From contig OY729428.2 in the NCBI GenBank assembly GCA_963422375.2, positions 3,104,001-3,168,000 on the forward strand: DNA of 64,000 nucleotides, in the 5' to 3' direction. Below, piece after piece: positions 9,350 to 20,052 of the stretch. Each line of letters opens with the position of its first letter. The stretch's first letter is position 1. The translations under genes were made by a program, and so were the position numbers. Below the pieces are notes generated by a model. That model did not search any database. It saw nothing but the letters and a program-made list of their open reading frames with translations, and had not been told where the DNA came from. Source of the stretch: Bryobacterales bacterium (GTDB lineage Bacteria > Acidobacteriota > Terriglobia > Bryobacterales > UBA6623).

Positions 9350-11061
9350 TCAAGCCGGCCGATTCGAACGCGACAGGCCGCTGAACTCGCGCTTCGCCGC
9401 CGCGATCTCGCCCGCCACGGAATCCCCCGCGTGGAACCAGAGCCTGCCCCTCAACCGCACAGTGTCACCCGGCTCGCAGTCGGGAAACACGGGGTCCGAG
9501 TGCATGCAAGGGCAGCGGTCGTTGCCCCAGCAACGGCCCGCACGGTCCCACGCGGTAAGAAGCCAGCGTTGACGGGCGGCCGAGCGGACGGCTGCGACGG
9601 GCTGGTCGAAGATCTTGTTCGCCCGTGTCTGGGCGCGGAATCCGGATGCTCCCTTCAGCATCACGCAGAGCTGGGTGCGCAGCCCCTCGAGCGTCCGATC
9701 CAGGCCGTTGCGCAGCCAGAGGCCCATTTCAATCGACTCGTCCCGTGTCCGAAACGACGAGCCGAACGACACGCCGTTCGGCAGAATCCATTCCAAGTCC
9801 AGGCCTCCGCCTCGAACCGGGCGCATGTCGACGTTGTCGAGCCAGACATTGCGGTCCGTCCAGATCGTCGGCACGTGCGTGTGGGCCAGGAACAGATGGC
9901 CCATCTCGGACGTGATCAGTTCCGGCAGGTCGACCACGACGTAGCTCTCCGGATCCCAAGGAAGAAAGACGCTCGCTTTGGTCCCGCGCAACGGGTCGAT
10001 CGCGCCCTCCAGGAAGCCCATCCGGGGGTGGCGGCCGCCGGGATAGGGATGGATCTCCACTCTCCGTTCGCCGGAGCCCGTCGCGCGACGAGTCGCCTCT
10101 CGTACTCCGCGGTCTCGTCGTCCGACAGCCCGGCGACAGCGGCAGCCTCGCCGGTGGCGTAGCGGTGCCGGAGCATGACCGCAGTCCAGCGCTCGAGATC
10201 GCCGCGGGTCTGCATGCGTTCGGCCGGCTGCTGGAGTTCGCCGTGCGCGACGGGAGGGTTCCGCAGCGTTACGTGCGGGTCGTCGGCGGCGGCCGAGGCA
10301 ACGTCCCGCAAGTCCCGGAGAGCGAGGACCCGGAACCCCCGTCGCCGCAGTTCCAGCATGTACTGCCGAAACGGCTCCTGCGGCGTGTGAACCCACGGAT
10401 GGGCCACGTCCGGCACGCCGTGGAACTGCAGCACCACGACCCCTTCGTCGGCACGGTCGAGCACCCGGCGGAACAGATCCATCGACCAGCCGGGCACGGC
10501 ATTGCCCGTCGTAGGGATCAGCAGCGGGTCGTGGATCGCCGGATCGTATGCCGGCCCGGGCTCCAGCGCTCGGTTGTCCAGTTCGGGCGACAGCCCGCGA
10601 CGCCCCAGCCGATAGCCGAGGGCGCGTAGGCTCGCAAGCGCCTCGGGCCCGAAGCGATTCCCGCACCACGCGAAGGAGACCGGCTTTCCGACGCCGACCC
10701 TAGCGAGGGCATTCTCCACGAGGGCCAGCTCGCCCCCGAGCCGGGCGGCATCCCTCGGAACCGAGAAGTCCGCGTGCGACCACGAGTGATTGCCGATCTC
10801 GAAACCCATCGCGGCAATCTCCGCGATCTCGTCCCAGGTCATGAAGTTCTCCCGGTCGTCCATCCAGCGATGGGTCACGAAGAACGTGGCCGGGAAGCCT
10901 AGATCCGCAAGGAGGGGAGCGACGAAGTGCCTGTGCGACTTGACCGCGTCGTCAAAGGTGAGGACAGCCGTCGGCACGGTTGCGGAGGCTCCGAACGCCG
11001 CCGATGCGCACGCCGGGCCGGCTCTGAGAAGATCCCTGCGGGACAGCCGTCTCGACATCAC
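9350..11061 (-). pseudogene. Polysaccharide deacetylase fused to an uncharacterised C-terminal domain, frameshifted near 10090
   Basis: LTFDD, EIGNHSWSH and LQFHG in ORF 9916-11061; protein-like tail (YPGGRHPRMGFLEGA...CMHSDP) continues in the frame of ORF 9350-10669. Confidence 0.7.
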
Positions 11062-11185
11062 GGCGAGATCCTAGTAGGGTCCCTTGTCCGTGCCAAGCGG
11101 CGCGGAGCCGACCGACCTTCCCCGAGTGACCCGGCGAAGGCTCGCGACCACGCGGCTGCGACGACCCGACCGGACATCCCCGCGC

Positions 11186-12736
11186 TCATTGCGCGGGAGG
11201 CACCCAGCGGACTTGCTGGATCGTGTCGTAGCGAACATCCGCGTCGTTCGAGCCACTGACGCCGGCCCGGCTCGCCCCGCGGGTGATGTCCGCGTCGAGT
11301 TTCGCGCGCAACGCCTCCACCACGTCGGGACGCTCCGCTGCGACGTTCCGCTCCTCGGACAGGTCGGACTCCAAATTGTAGAGTTCCGCGATTGCGGGCT
11401 TGCCCCGGGACTCGTTGAGTGAGTCGGCGCTGCGGCGGTACACAAGCTTCCAAGGGCCGTCTCGGTAGGCGAACTCTCCGTGGTTGGAGTGGCTCACCAG
11501 CGAGGTGCGGGCCTTGGCGACGGAGGCGCCCAGCGCCGCCCCGAGGAAGCTGATGCTGTCTTCCGCCCCCTCGGGAGGCAGGTCGGCGCCGACCGCCTCC
11601 AAGCTCGTCGCAAGCACGTCGGTGAGACTCACGAGCTGGTCGCTGCTCGTCCGGGCCGCAACCCGCCCCGGCCAGCGCACCAGGAGCGGCACCCGATGGC
11701 CTCCCTCCCAGATATCCCCCTTGTGCCCGCGGAAGGGGCCGCTCGGCTCGTGGCCGGCGGCGACCAGCTCGTCCCATCCGGTGTAGTGCGAGTGCCCGTT
11801 GTCGGCAGTGAAGATCACGATGGTGTTTGGTCCGATGCCCGCTTCGTCCACCGCCTCGATCACCTGGCCCGCGGACCAATCCGTCTCCATCACGAAATCC
11901 GCGATGGGCGCTATCCCGCTCCGGCCTTGGAACGGAGTCGAAGGCGAGACCGGCTCGTGCGGCGATGTCATCGAGAAGAACAGGAAGAACGGCTTGTCGC
12001 CCTTGGCCAGGTCGTGAACCTGCTCCACGGCGCGCCGAGTCAGTTCCGGCAGAATCTCGCGGAATCGCCAGCCCGGCGCCATCGGACTGCCCCTGAAGCC
12101 GCGCGGCATCACCACGCCCTCGGACGGGTCGAATACGTAGCGCGCGGTCGGAAGTGGATGCACGGTCTCGTTCTCGATGAAGGAGAACGGCGGCATGTTG
12201 GGCAAGTCGACGCCGAAGTAGTAGTCGAAGCCGCGCGACGTCGGCCCTTCCCGCGCTGGCTTGGTGAAGTCCCATTCAAGCGTCTTCTGGCCGTTGCGCA
12301 CCTCGGTCATCCGGCTGGGCTGCGGGCCCGCCCACTCCCATCCGAGATGCCATTTGCCAATGCACGACGTCGCGTATCCCCGGTCGCGCAGCAATCCCGG
12401 CAGGGTCGGACGGTCGGCTGCGATCAGCGGCGGCTCGTGCGCGGCGAGCACCCACTCCTGCAGCCGCGTCCTCCACGAGTAGCGCCCGGTGAGCAGTCCG
12501 TAGCGAGTCGGGGTGCAGACGGCGGACGGGCTGTGCGCGTCGGTGAAGCTCATCCCCTCGCCCGCCAGACGGTCCAAGCACGGCGTCGGAATCTTGTTCT
12601 CCGGGTAATGCGCCTGAATGTCCCCCACGCCGAAGTCGTCAGCTAGGATGACCACGATGTTGGGCGGAGTCTCCGCTTCGTTCGCCCCGCACCCGCATGG
12701 AATCGCGACCAGCAGGGCTGTAAGGAATTGCTTCAT
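11186..12736 (-). CDS. Arylsulfatase
   Basis: PNIVVILADD, CTPTR formylglycine motif, IGKWHLG, TADNG, WEGGHRVP. Confidence 0.92.
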   Translation of the reverse strand: MKQFLTALLVAIPCGCGANEAETPPNIVVILADDFGVGDIQAHYPENKIPTPCLDRLAGEGMSFTDAHSPSAVCTPTRYGLLTGRYSWRTRLQEWVLAAHEPPLIAADRPTLPGLLRDRGYATSCIGKWHLGWEWAGPQPSRMTEVRNGQKTLEWDFTKPAREGPTSRGFDYYFGVDLPNMPPFSFIENETVHPLPTARYVFDPSEGVVMPRGFRGSPMAPGWRFREILPELTRRAVEQVHDLAKGDKPFFLFFSMTSPHEPVSPSTPFQGRSGIAPIADFVMETDWSAGQVIEAVDEAGIGPNTIVIFTADNGHSHYTGWDELVAAGHEPSGPFRGHKGDIWEGGHRVPLLVRWPGRVAARTSSDQLVSLTDVLATSLEAVGADLPPEGAEDSISFLGAALGASVAKARTSLVSHSNHGEFAYRDGPWKLVYRRSADSLNESRGKPAIAELYNLESDLSEERNVAAERPDVVEALRAKLDADITRGASRAGVSGSNDADVRYDTIQQVRWVPPAQ

Positions 12737-13225
12737 CTTCACGCAGCGATTGTACCGAGGGATCACGGCAAGCTCCGACGAGTCCGGGCATCACGGACGT
12801 TGGGAGGTCTGGTCCGGCCGCTAGGCGTTCTGCTGTGAAGCCGGCCCTCGCGGGTAGCGACTGCAGGCGCGCGGCCGACTCGCCCCGCTCGGGGAACACC
12901 GGCCAACGGAGACGTCAGAGCGAGTCCCCGGCTTCCCGCGGCGCACGAGCAATCAACGCGTTCCCGGCCGAGGGCATCCCGCCGAGTTCGCAGCGCGTAG
13001 GCGAACACGGCGACACCCAATGCGAACTTCCTTGCGTTTCTGGCAAGGCAGGCGCTTGCCGCCGCGAACCCGTTCCCGCCGGAGCCGAACATCCCGGCTC
13101 CGGCGACGCAGCCCGGGGCAGCGTTACGCCGAGCGCGGACTGCCCGGACGCGTCGGCCACGAAACCAAGGGCCTGCCGGCCGAGACGCTGACTGCCGGCA
13201 TCTCGCCACGCGGGGCGCAAGCCCG

Positions 13226-15691
13226 TCAGTTGGCGGCGAACGCCGCGCTCGAGACCAAGCTGACGATCAAATCCTGAAAGCCGTACCCGCCCTGCGGTTC
13301 GGCAGCCGCGATCCGGTCCACGGCTCTGCTGTCCGCCGCGCCCAGCTCCCTGCCGGTCCCGTACTCGAGCAGCAATCCGGCCAGGGCCTTGGTGAAGATC
13401 TGCGGACGGGCGATGAGATAGTCCTTGAGATCCTGCGGACCGGCAAGGCGCGTCCCGTCCTCCATCTCGCTGCGCGGCTGAACCGGCATGGGCGCGGTGC
13501 CGGACTCTTCGCCAGCGTAGTAGGACGCTCGCCAGCCTCCCGTCGCGTCGTAGTTCTCCAGCGCGAGCCCGATCGGATCGATCTTCGCGTGGCACACAGC
13601 GCATTTCTCGACGCTCTGATGCGCAGAAAGGACTTCGCGCACCGTCCGGGCCTGGGACGTGTCTGCGACCAACGCCGGCACGTCGCCGGGCGGCGGAGGC
13701 GGCGGCATGCCCATCAGGTTCTCCAGGACCCAAACGCCCCGCAGGATAGGGGATGACTCGACCCCGTCGCCGGTGGCGGCGAACACGCTGGACAGTCCTA
13801 GCGCTCCGCCGCGAGAAGCGACGTGGCGCGGCACGCGCGGCCCGAGCGAGGACAGGTCCAGCCGCTCCGGCTCGGGCCACAGCAGGCTCTGCCTCTGGTC
13901 CGCCTCGAGCCGCCGCAAGTCGACCTCGCTGCCGGGGATCCCCCACGCTATCCGCATCGGCTCGTTCGCGTAAGTGAACTCCGAGTCGATGAAGGTGCGG
14001 ATCGAACGATTCCGCTGCAGAACTTCGTCGAAGAACATCTCGGTCGAGCGCACGATCCCGTATCGGATCAACTCGCTCCATTCGTGCCGGACGTCGCACA
14101 CCATGACCGACGCGGCCTCGCGCCCGCCAAGCCACTGCCCGGAGAAATGCTTGACGAACTGCTGGGCCTTCGCGTCGCGCACCATCCGCGCCACCTGCCT
14201 CCGAAGCACCTCGGGATCCGACAGTTGCCCCTGGCCCGCGAGGCGCGTCAGTTCCGCGTCCGGCATCGAGCTCCACAGTAAGTAGGCCAGCCTGCCGGCG
14301 AGCGCGAAATCGTCCTGGGCGGCCTCGCCGCTCTCGCGATAGAGGAACTGCGGCGAGAGCAGGATGCGCCGGATCCCGAAATGCACGGCGTACTCCGGCG
14401 AGGGCGCGCCGGCGCCGTGCTCGAGCGCGCCGTCAATCAACTGGCGCCGCTCGCCCACCGCGAGCGGCCGGCGAAAGGCCCGCTCGGCTAGCGGGAGCAG
14501 GATCGATTCCATATAGGCGCGGTCCAGCATCGGAGCCCTGCCGCCGAGAAACTCCAGCTGCCTGGGGAGCGGCCGCACCGGCCCGCTCACCTCCATGCTC
14601 ACGAAGCGAATCGTGGGCTCGGGCGCGTCCCTCGCCTCGGTCAGGTACGTCGCCAGGAGGCGTCGCAGGTCCGCCGTGTTGCCGGGCGTCCGGATGAGGG
14701 CGCGCGGATACTCCTTCCTAAGGCGGTTCTCGCAATATACGTGGAAGGTCTCGCCTTTCTCGAGCAGCAGGTCCGCGTCGACGAAGGCGGGCTTCTCGCT
14801 CGTGACCTCGACACCTCCCACGCGGGGCAGGTCGACGCGCAGGGCGCGCTTGTGCAGGTCGTAGTCCACGGGATTGAAGGCGTAGAAGCCGAGCCGCAGC
14901 GGCTTCCCGTCCGCCCCGGCGGCCGCCTGCGCGCTCGCTTTCAGCCGGACTCGGTACACCCCGGAAGCCGGGGCCACGAAGGCCTTGTCCCACAGCGCAC
15001 CGGACCATCCCGCAATGTTGACTCCGGTGAAGTAAAGGCCGAGGGCGTCCCCCTCGCGCTCCCAGAACTTGGTGCGCGCGGGATCCTGGCCGACGGTCCC
15101 GCGCCTCGTGAAGGACTTCCATTCCCGCTTGTACGGCAGCGGAACCATGCGGTCGGCAATGTCGATCGCGACCTCGCTGAACGCGTCCAAGTGACCCGGG
15201 CTGAGATGGGTGCCTTCGGCCATCGTGTCGAAGCGCAGGTCAGGGTTGTCGTCAGGGAACGTCACGGGGAGGCGGATCTCCCGGATCGGGAAGAGGTCGC
15301 GCAGCGTGTTGAGGTATTCGATCCGGTTCAGGCGCCGCGGCAGCCCGCGCCCGGAGCGGGCGGACTCGCCGCTCGCAACCAAGCCGTCCCGCACGCTCTC
15401 GGCGAAGCGCTCGCGTTCCGCAGGGGACGGCAGAAGCGCGCCGACCGGCGGCATGACGCCCTTGGCGACGTAGTCCGCCGCGCGCATCCACTGGTCTCGC
15501 GCCACGGCGTCGGCCAACGGCCGCGAGGGCTCGCCGGCCCGGAATCCGCCCTTGGGCTCGGCGCCACCGTGACAGCCGGCGCAGTAGGTCGCTGTGAACT
15601 CGCGCAAGAACGGAGGGTGCGGGCTCGCCTGCGAGTCCGCCGCGACCGCGACTACCGCCGCGGCCGTCGCGGCCAGTCGCGAGACTCTCAT
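13226..15691 (-). CDS. DUF1587/1592/1588/1585 protein with c-type heme motifs
   Basis: CAGCHG, RRLNRIEYLNTLRDL, LAYLLWSSMPD, SPILRGVWV, CAVCHAKIDPIG. Confidence 0.85.
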   Translation of the reverse strand: MRVSRLAATAAAVVAVAADSQASPHPPFLREFTATYCAGCHGGAEPKGGFRAGEPSRPLADAVARDQWMRAADYVAKGVMPPVGALLPSPAERERFAESVRDGLVASGESARSGRGLPRRLNRIEYLNTLRDLFPIREIRLPVTFPDDNPDLRFDTMAEGTHLSPGHLDAFSEVAIDIADRMVPLPYKREWKSFTRRGTVGQDPARTKFWEREGDALGLYFTGVNIAGWSGALWDKAFVAPASGVYRVRLKASAQAAAGADGKPLRLGFYAFNPVDYDLHKRALRVDLPRVGGVEVTSEKPAFVDADLLLEKGETFHVYCENRLRKEYPRALIRTPGNTADLRRLLATYLTEARDAPEPTIRFVSMEVSGPVRPLPRQLEFLGGRAPMLDRAYMESILLPLAERAFRRPLAVGERRQLIDGALEHGAGAPSPEYAVHFGIRRILLSPQFLYRESGEAAQDDFALAGRLAYLLWSSMPDAELTRLAGQGQLSDPEVLRRQVARMVRDAKAQQFVKHFSGQWLGGREAASVMVCDVRHEWSELIRYGIVRSTEMFFDEVLQRNRSIRTFIDSEFTYANEPMRIAWGIPGSEVDLRRLEADQRQSLLWPEPERLDLSSLGPRVPRHVASRGGALGLSSVFAATGDGVESSPILRGVWVLENLMGMPPPPPPGDVPALVADTSQARTVREVLSAHQSVEKCAVCHAKIDPIGLALENYDATGGWRASYYAGEESGTAPMPVQPRSEMEDGTRLAGPQDLKDYLIARPQIFTKALAGLLLEYGTGRELGAADSRAVDRIAAAEPQGGYGFQDLIVSLVSSAAFAAN

Positions 15692-16968
15692 GCCAAGACG
15701 CTGTTGAGGTCGGACTGGCTTGTGCTGAACTCCTCCGCCTCGAAACCCAGCTGCTGCAGCACGGTCACGTAGAGATCGCAAGCCATCGTGTTCGAGACCT
15801 CGTCCGAGCCGCAGGCCACATGCCGCTTGTGGCGGAACGCCCCCCCGGCGACGAGCAGCGGGAAGTTCCTGCGGCGGTGCGCGGCGGCGTCGCCCATCGC
15901 GCTGCCGACCAAGGTGACGGTCGAGTCCAGCATGGACCCGCCGTCCGGATCCGGCGCGTCCTTCAGGGCCTTCAGGAAGCGCGCCGCGCCCTGCATGTGG
16001 CGCTCCTCGATCGTCAGCAGCCCGTCGATCTTCTCGGCCTTGTTCCCGTGGTGGGAGAGGCGATGGTAGCCCTCCCTCGTGAACTTGCCGTCCACTAGCA
16101 GCGCCCGGTCCGTGATCGGGATCGTCATCGAGATCACCCTGGTGGAGTCATTCGTGACGGCTAGCGCCATCAAGTCCCACATCAGGTCCTCGTTCTGCAG
16201 CAAGAAGGACGAGTCGGTGTTCTCCTCGACGGGCAGGCGCAACGACTCCGGAGGCCTGGGGAACGGCTTGTCGAGCCAGTCGCGGCGGCGTTCGAGCTTG
16301 GCCTCCACCGCCCGCACGGAGGTGAGGTACTCGTCGAGCGCCCGCCGGTCGTCCGGGCTGGCCCTGCCCCCGGCCAGGCCGGCCTCGCCCTTCAGATCGT
16401 CCAGCAGGCTGCGCCCCGATTCGATCAGGTAGGTCTGCCGCTGGAGTTCGACGGATCCCGCACCGAAAACGCGGGCGTACAAGGCGCTGGGACGCAGCGT
16501 CACGGGCAGGGGCACGCCCGACTTCGTGAACGACAGCGACGCCTTCTGCTGGGCCTGGCCGCAGCAGAGCTGCAGCGACTCGTAACGCGTGTCCCTGCCC
16601 AGTACGGGAGCGACCAGCTGGTCGAGCGAGACGCTCGGCACGACGTGGCCGGTGTACAAGGTATACACGAGCTGGTGGCCGTTGCCCGAAGGCCCCTTGT
16701 GGTCCAGCCCGGAAACGGTTGTGAAGGCTTCCCCCAGACCGGCCTCGACCAACGGCTGCATGAGGCGCGGGGTCCGGCCCTCCCCGAAGAACTCGGGCTT
16801 GTAGAAGCCGAGCTGCGTGCCGACGCAGACCAGTCGCTTGGCCTTGGCCCGCGCGGGCGAGGCGGGAGCCCGGACGGCCCCGGGCAGGGACGGCAGCAGC
16901 GGCAGGGCCAGAGCGTAGCTGCTGCCCCTGATGAATTGGCGTCGGTCTTGTCCGAATGTCCGCGACAT
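15688..16968 (-). CDS. DUF1552 domain protein (Tat signal)
   Basis: RRQFIRG signal, SLDQ, YHRLSHHG, LDSTVTLVGS; ATGA-coupled to the DUF1592 gene. Confidence 0.85.
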   Translation of the reverse strand: MSRTFGQDRRQFIRGSSYALALPLLPSLPGAVRAPASPARAKAKRLVCVGTQLGFYKPEFFGEGRTPRLMQPLVEAGLGEAFTTVSGLDHKGPSGNGHQLVYTLYTGHVVPSVSLDQLVAPVLGRDTRYESLQLCCGQAQQKASLSFTKSGVPLPVTLRPSALYARVFGAGSVELQRQTYLIESGRSLLDDLKGEAGLAGGRASPDDRRALDEYLTSVRAVEAKLERRRDWLDKPFPRPPESLRLPVEENTDSSFLLQNEDLMWDLMALAVTNDSTRVISMTIPITDRALLVDGKFTREGYHRLSHHGNKAEKIDGLLTIEERHMQGAARFLKALKDAPDPDGGSMLDSTVTLVGSAMGDAAAHRRRNFPLLVAGGAFRHKRHVACGSDEVSNTMACDLYVTVLQQLGFEAEEFSTSQSDLNSVLA

Positions 16969-18285
16969 GCAAGACTCTCCGAGTCGTCCCTTGGATCGTA
17001 GCGGATTCAGCGCCTCGACGCAATCCACGACCGCCCGCCTCGACTCGCGCCGACGGACTCGCTGGCGGCTGCCTCCGCAACCCGACCGGCAGCTCGTCGC
17101 AGGCGTTGACGAGCGGGCCCGCACGGACTCCTAGCTCGCCTGATCCCGAGCGACGAGGCTAGCCGCGTGGTCGCGGGAGAGCGACGGTCGAAGCGATGGC
17201 CAACCCCAATCCATCTCTCTCGCGGATCAAATGGGTGTTCACCCAGGACCCAATTGACATGCGGACCAGTCGAGAGTATCCGGAGTACCCATTGATTGCC
17301 AGATATTTTTCTAAGTTCTATATTCTCAATCAATTGCGCAAGGAGGATCGGGCACATGACTCGGCCATCCAAGACGCTTTCTCCGCTCCGTTGGATTGTA
17401 TGAAAAGTTCGGGCCGGATTCTCCCTTGAATTCCGTTGAATTCATTGAGCGCATACCTTGCGAAACTGGCCTCGAGGACATACGGATCGATGCCCGCTCC
17501 GGTGACGAAATGCCGAGATGGCAAATGCCGCGATCACGACGATCAGATCCAAGGGCAGCCCTCGCCGCTCACCGTCCGGGCATCGCTCCGCCATTCAATG
17601 GAGTGGACATACCGCGTCGGCAGATTGCCGACTGGAGATGGTCTCCCACTCGGAACCGAGCCCGGCTCATGCGCTCTTCCGGGGACAAACCATGGGAAGG
17701 CCAGATGTCGATGAGGCTCCCGATGCCACGAAAGAACGCAGTCCGTTGCATGTCCCGCCCCGTTCGCGGGTCCGGAATCACTCTCTTCGCTGCCACCACA
17801 CGCCCCTACGGGAATTATCGACGATCAGCCAAGATCCTTCGATTACGTCAGCAGCGTCTCGGATTGCCGCGGCCGCAATTTCGGGTAGCGTGGAATCCGG
17901 TTGTCTCGCAACGGCTTAAGCATCGGGAATTATATATCTGAGTGCCGACAACGCCATGTCCGACTAGAACTGCTCTGATCAGGGAGGTCGGCGTCTAGCT
18001 CGGGTCATTCGAATGCGGCCGCGGTAGGCACAGCAAGGTGGGATCGTATCTGAATCGAGCCTGCCAGCGGATGTGACGAGGAAGGGACTAGAGAGGCCGT
18101 CTCGCATGCCCCGGTGGAACCCGGTTGGCGGTGGAAGGGCACCCCTTGCAAGCCGATTGCAGGCCCTGCGAGGACCGAAGACAGCGGATCCCCTGCGCTC
18201 GACGGCCTGCATGGACGGTCCGGGCCGGACTGGGGTCGCACCGGGGCCTTCCGGATCCGGTGCGCCCCTCGTACCGAGCGCACCG

Positions 18286-18341
18286 AGCGTGAAGAGCGCA
18301 GCGTGAAGAGCGCAGCGTGAAGAGCGCAGCGTGAAGAGCGC
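18286..18341. repeat. 14-bp tandem repeat AGCGTGAAGAGCGC x4 in the IS tail
   Basis: Read directly; not expanded in copy B. Confidence 0.9.
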
Positions 18342-18381
18342 GCCCGCAGCGGGCTGCCGCGCTCAGCGCGGCGGGCGCCGC

Positions 18382-19338
18382 TCAGGCCGCGACCGCGGCC
18401 TTGCCGGTCAGCTGCCGATAGGTCAGCGTCCGGCCGACCAGGCCCCGCGCCATGCGCCGCATCTGTTCCGCCGTGTCGCAGTCGCGGTCGTTGCGCCGTC
18501 CCGCGAACTCCGTGAGGTAGCGGCCGAGATGACGGACGCTCATCCGGTGATAGGTGCCGTAGAGGCCGCGCTTGAACAGGGACCGAAACGATTCGATGCC
18601 GTTCGTATGCGCTGCCCCGCGCACGTACTCGCCGCGGGAGTGCCTGACGGCTTCGTGCGCGAACTCCGCCATGCCGGCGTAGGCCGCCGCCTCGTCGGAG
18701 CGGACCTGCGCCCCCGGCGCGACCCGGCCGCGCGCGAAGCCCTGCAGGTCGCCCTTGGCGGTGCCCGGCAGCGGCCGCGCGGCCACTGCGTTCGTGGCGC
18801 GGTCCCGCGCCCCCGCCACCGGGGTCTTGCCGACGGGCCCGCGCCCGGCGCGGGCCTTCTTGCTCTCGTGCTTGTTGCGTTCCTTGCCGCCGACGTAGGT
18901 CTCGTCCACCTCCACCGGGCCGGCGAACAGGCCCTGATCCCGCTCCCAGCACGCGCGGATGCGGTGCGCCAGGTGCCAGGCCGACTTTTGGCTGATGCCT
19001 AGGTCGCGGTGCAGCTTCATGCTGGAGACGCCCTTGATGCCGGTGGTCAGCAGGAACAGGGCGACGGCCCGGGTGCGGTAGCCGAGCTTGGTGTCGGCCA
19101 TCACGCTGCCGGTGCGCACCGAAAAGCGCTTGCCGCAGCCGCGGCAACGGTACGGCATCGAAGGGTGGGCTGCGTCGGACTGCACGCTGGAGCCGCGGCA
19201 GTGGGGGCACGCGGGACCGTCCGGCCAGCGCATGGAGGCGAACCACTTTTCCGCGGATTCGTCATCGCGGAACATGGCGATCACTTCGATCAATGTGATG
19301 CCTTTACGGAACCACTTTCCGGGACCTGGTTTCTTCAT
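18382..19338 (-). CDS. IS1595-family transposase
   Basis: CPHC/CRGC zinc ribbon, VEVDETYVGG, SDE, HTNGIES, YLTEF; two W-to-R changes relative to copy B suggest decay. Confidence 0.9.
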   Translation of the reverse strand: MKKPGPGKWFRKGITLIEVIAMFRDDESAEKWFASMRWPDGPACPHCRGSSVQSDAAHPSMPYRCRGCGKRFSVRTGSVMADTKLGYRTRAVALFLLTTGIKGVSSMKLHRDLGISQKSAWHLAHRIRACWERDQGLFAGPVEVDETYVGGKERNKHESKKARAGRGPVGKTPVAGARDRATNAVAARPLPGTAKGDLQGFARGRVAPGAQVRSDEAAAYAGMAEFAHEAVRHSRGEYVRGAAHTNGIESFRSLFKRGLYGTYHRMSVRHLGRYLTEFAGRRNDRDCDTAEQMRRMARGLVGRTLTYRQLTGKAAVAA

Positions 19339-20052
19339 TTACGGCATCCCTTACTGGAACTATTCTACCAAGGAACACCACAGAATGTCAACGGAAAATC
19401 GGAAGAAATATGAAGTCTTATTATGGCTTGATAATTTGCTGACTTGGTTCCCTCGGCACTCAGATATATAATTCCCTAAGCATCCGGCGGTAATCACGGT
19501 CTTCACAAGAGTGGGTGTCGTCTGTGCGGGATGCATTCGCGACGTGGCGTTGGAGGTCGTCGAGAGGCGGTCTCCTCTGCAATCGCTGCGGAAGGCAGGC
19601 CTAAGGGCAGGTGAAGCACGTCCCTCAACGATGATCGCCGACATGCAGCATCGCTGGAAGAAGGTGTTCATCGCACGGGGCGCGGCGTTTTCGGGCGATG
19701 CGGGCACGGTTGGACCAATCGAATCCGGCAGCTGTATCAGCCAGCAAACCGACCGGGCGAGAGGCAGCCGTACTGCGCCGCATGGTCAGCGACCTGAGCG
19801 ATACTGAATCAGCGCGTGCCTGCGGCCAGCTCGGATTGGCTGCCACGTGCCGTGGTCCGGCGGCAGCAATGCCCTGCTCTTTCGAACGTCATCCGTTGCA
19901 GTGCGCGGCTCGCGGACCCGATACCCGCCGAAGCTGCCGGGCCCGGGCCGGAGGCACGGCTGCCCGGCATGCGACGTTCCTCGCCGTCGCGGGATCCGGA
20001 GCCCCTGACTGAGCTGCGGGCTAGCGAGCGAGGCCGAGAGACACTTGTGGGA

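Larger units (their letters stand above)
17925..19476 (-). mobile_element. IS1595-family element, copy A
   Basis: Terminal IRs GGGAATTATATATCTGAGTGCCGA; 8-bp TSD TAAGCATC at 17917-17924 and 19477-19484. Confidence 0.92.

Noticed and set aside
12770..13225. Long intergenic region as ncRNA or riboswitch
   Set aside because: No recognisable RNA family motif or convincing structure by eye; an Rfam search would be needed.
17125..17924. Low-GC stretch with protein-like fragments (also 26900-27366 and 58021-58538)
   Set aside because: Probably decayed foreign genes, but I could not assign a family or a consistent frame.
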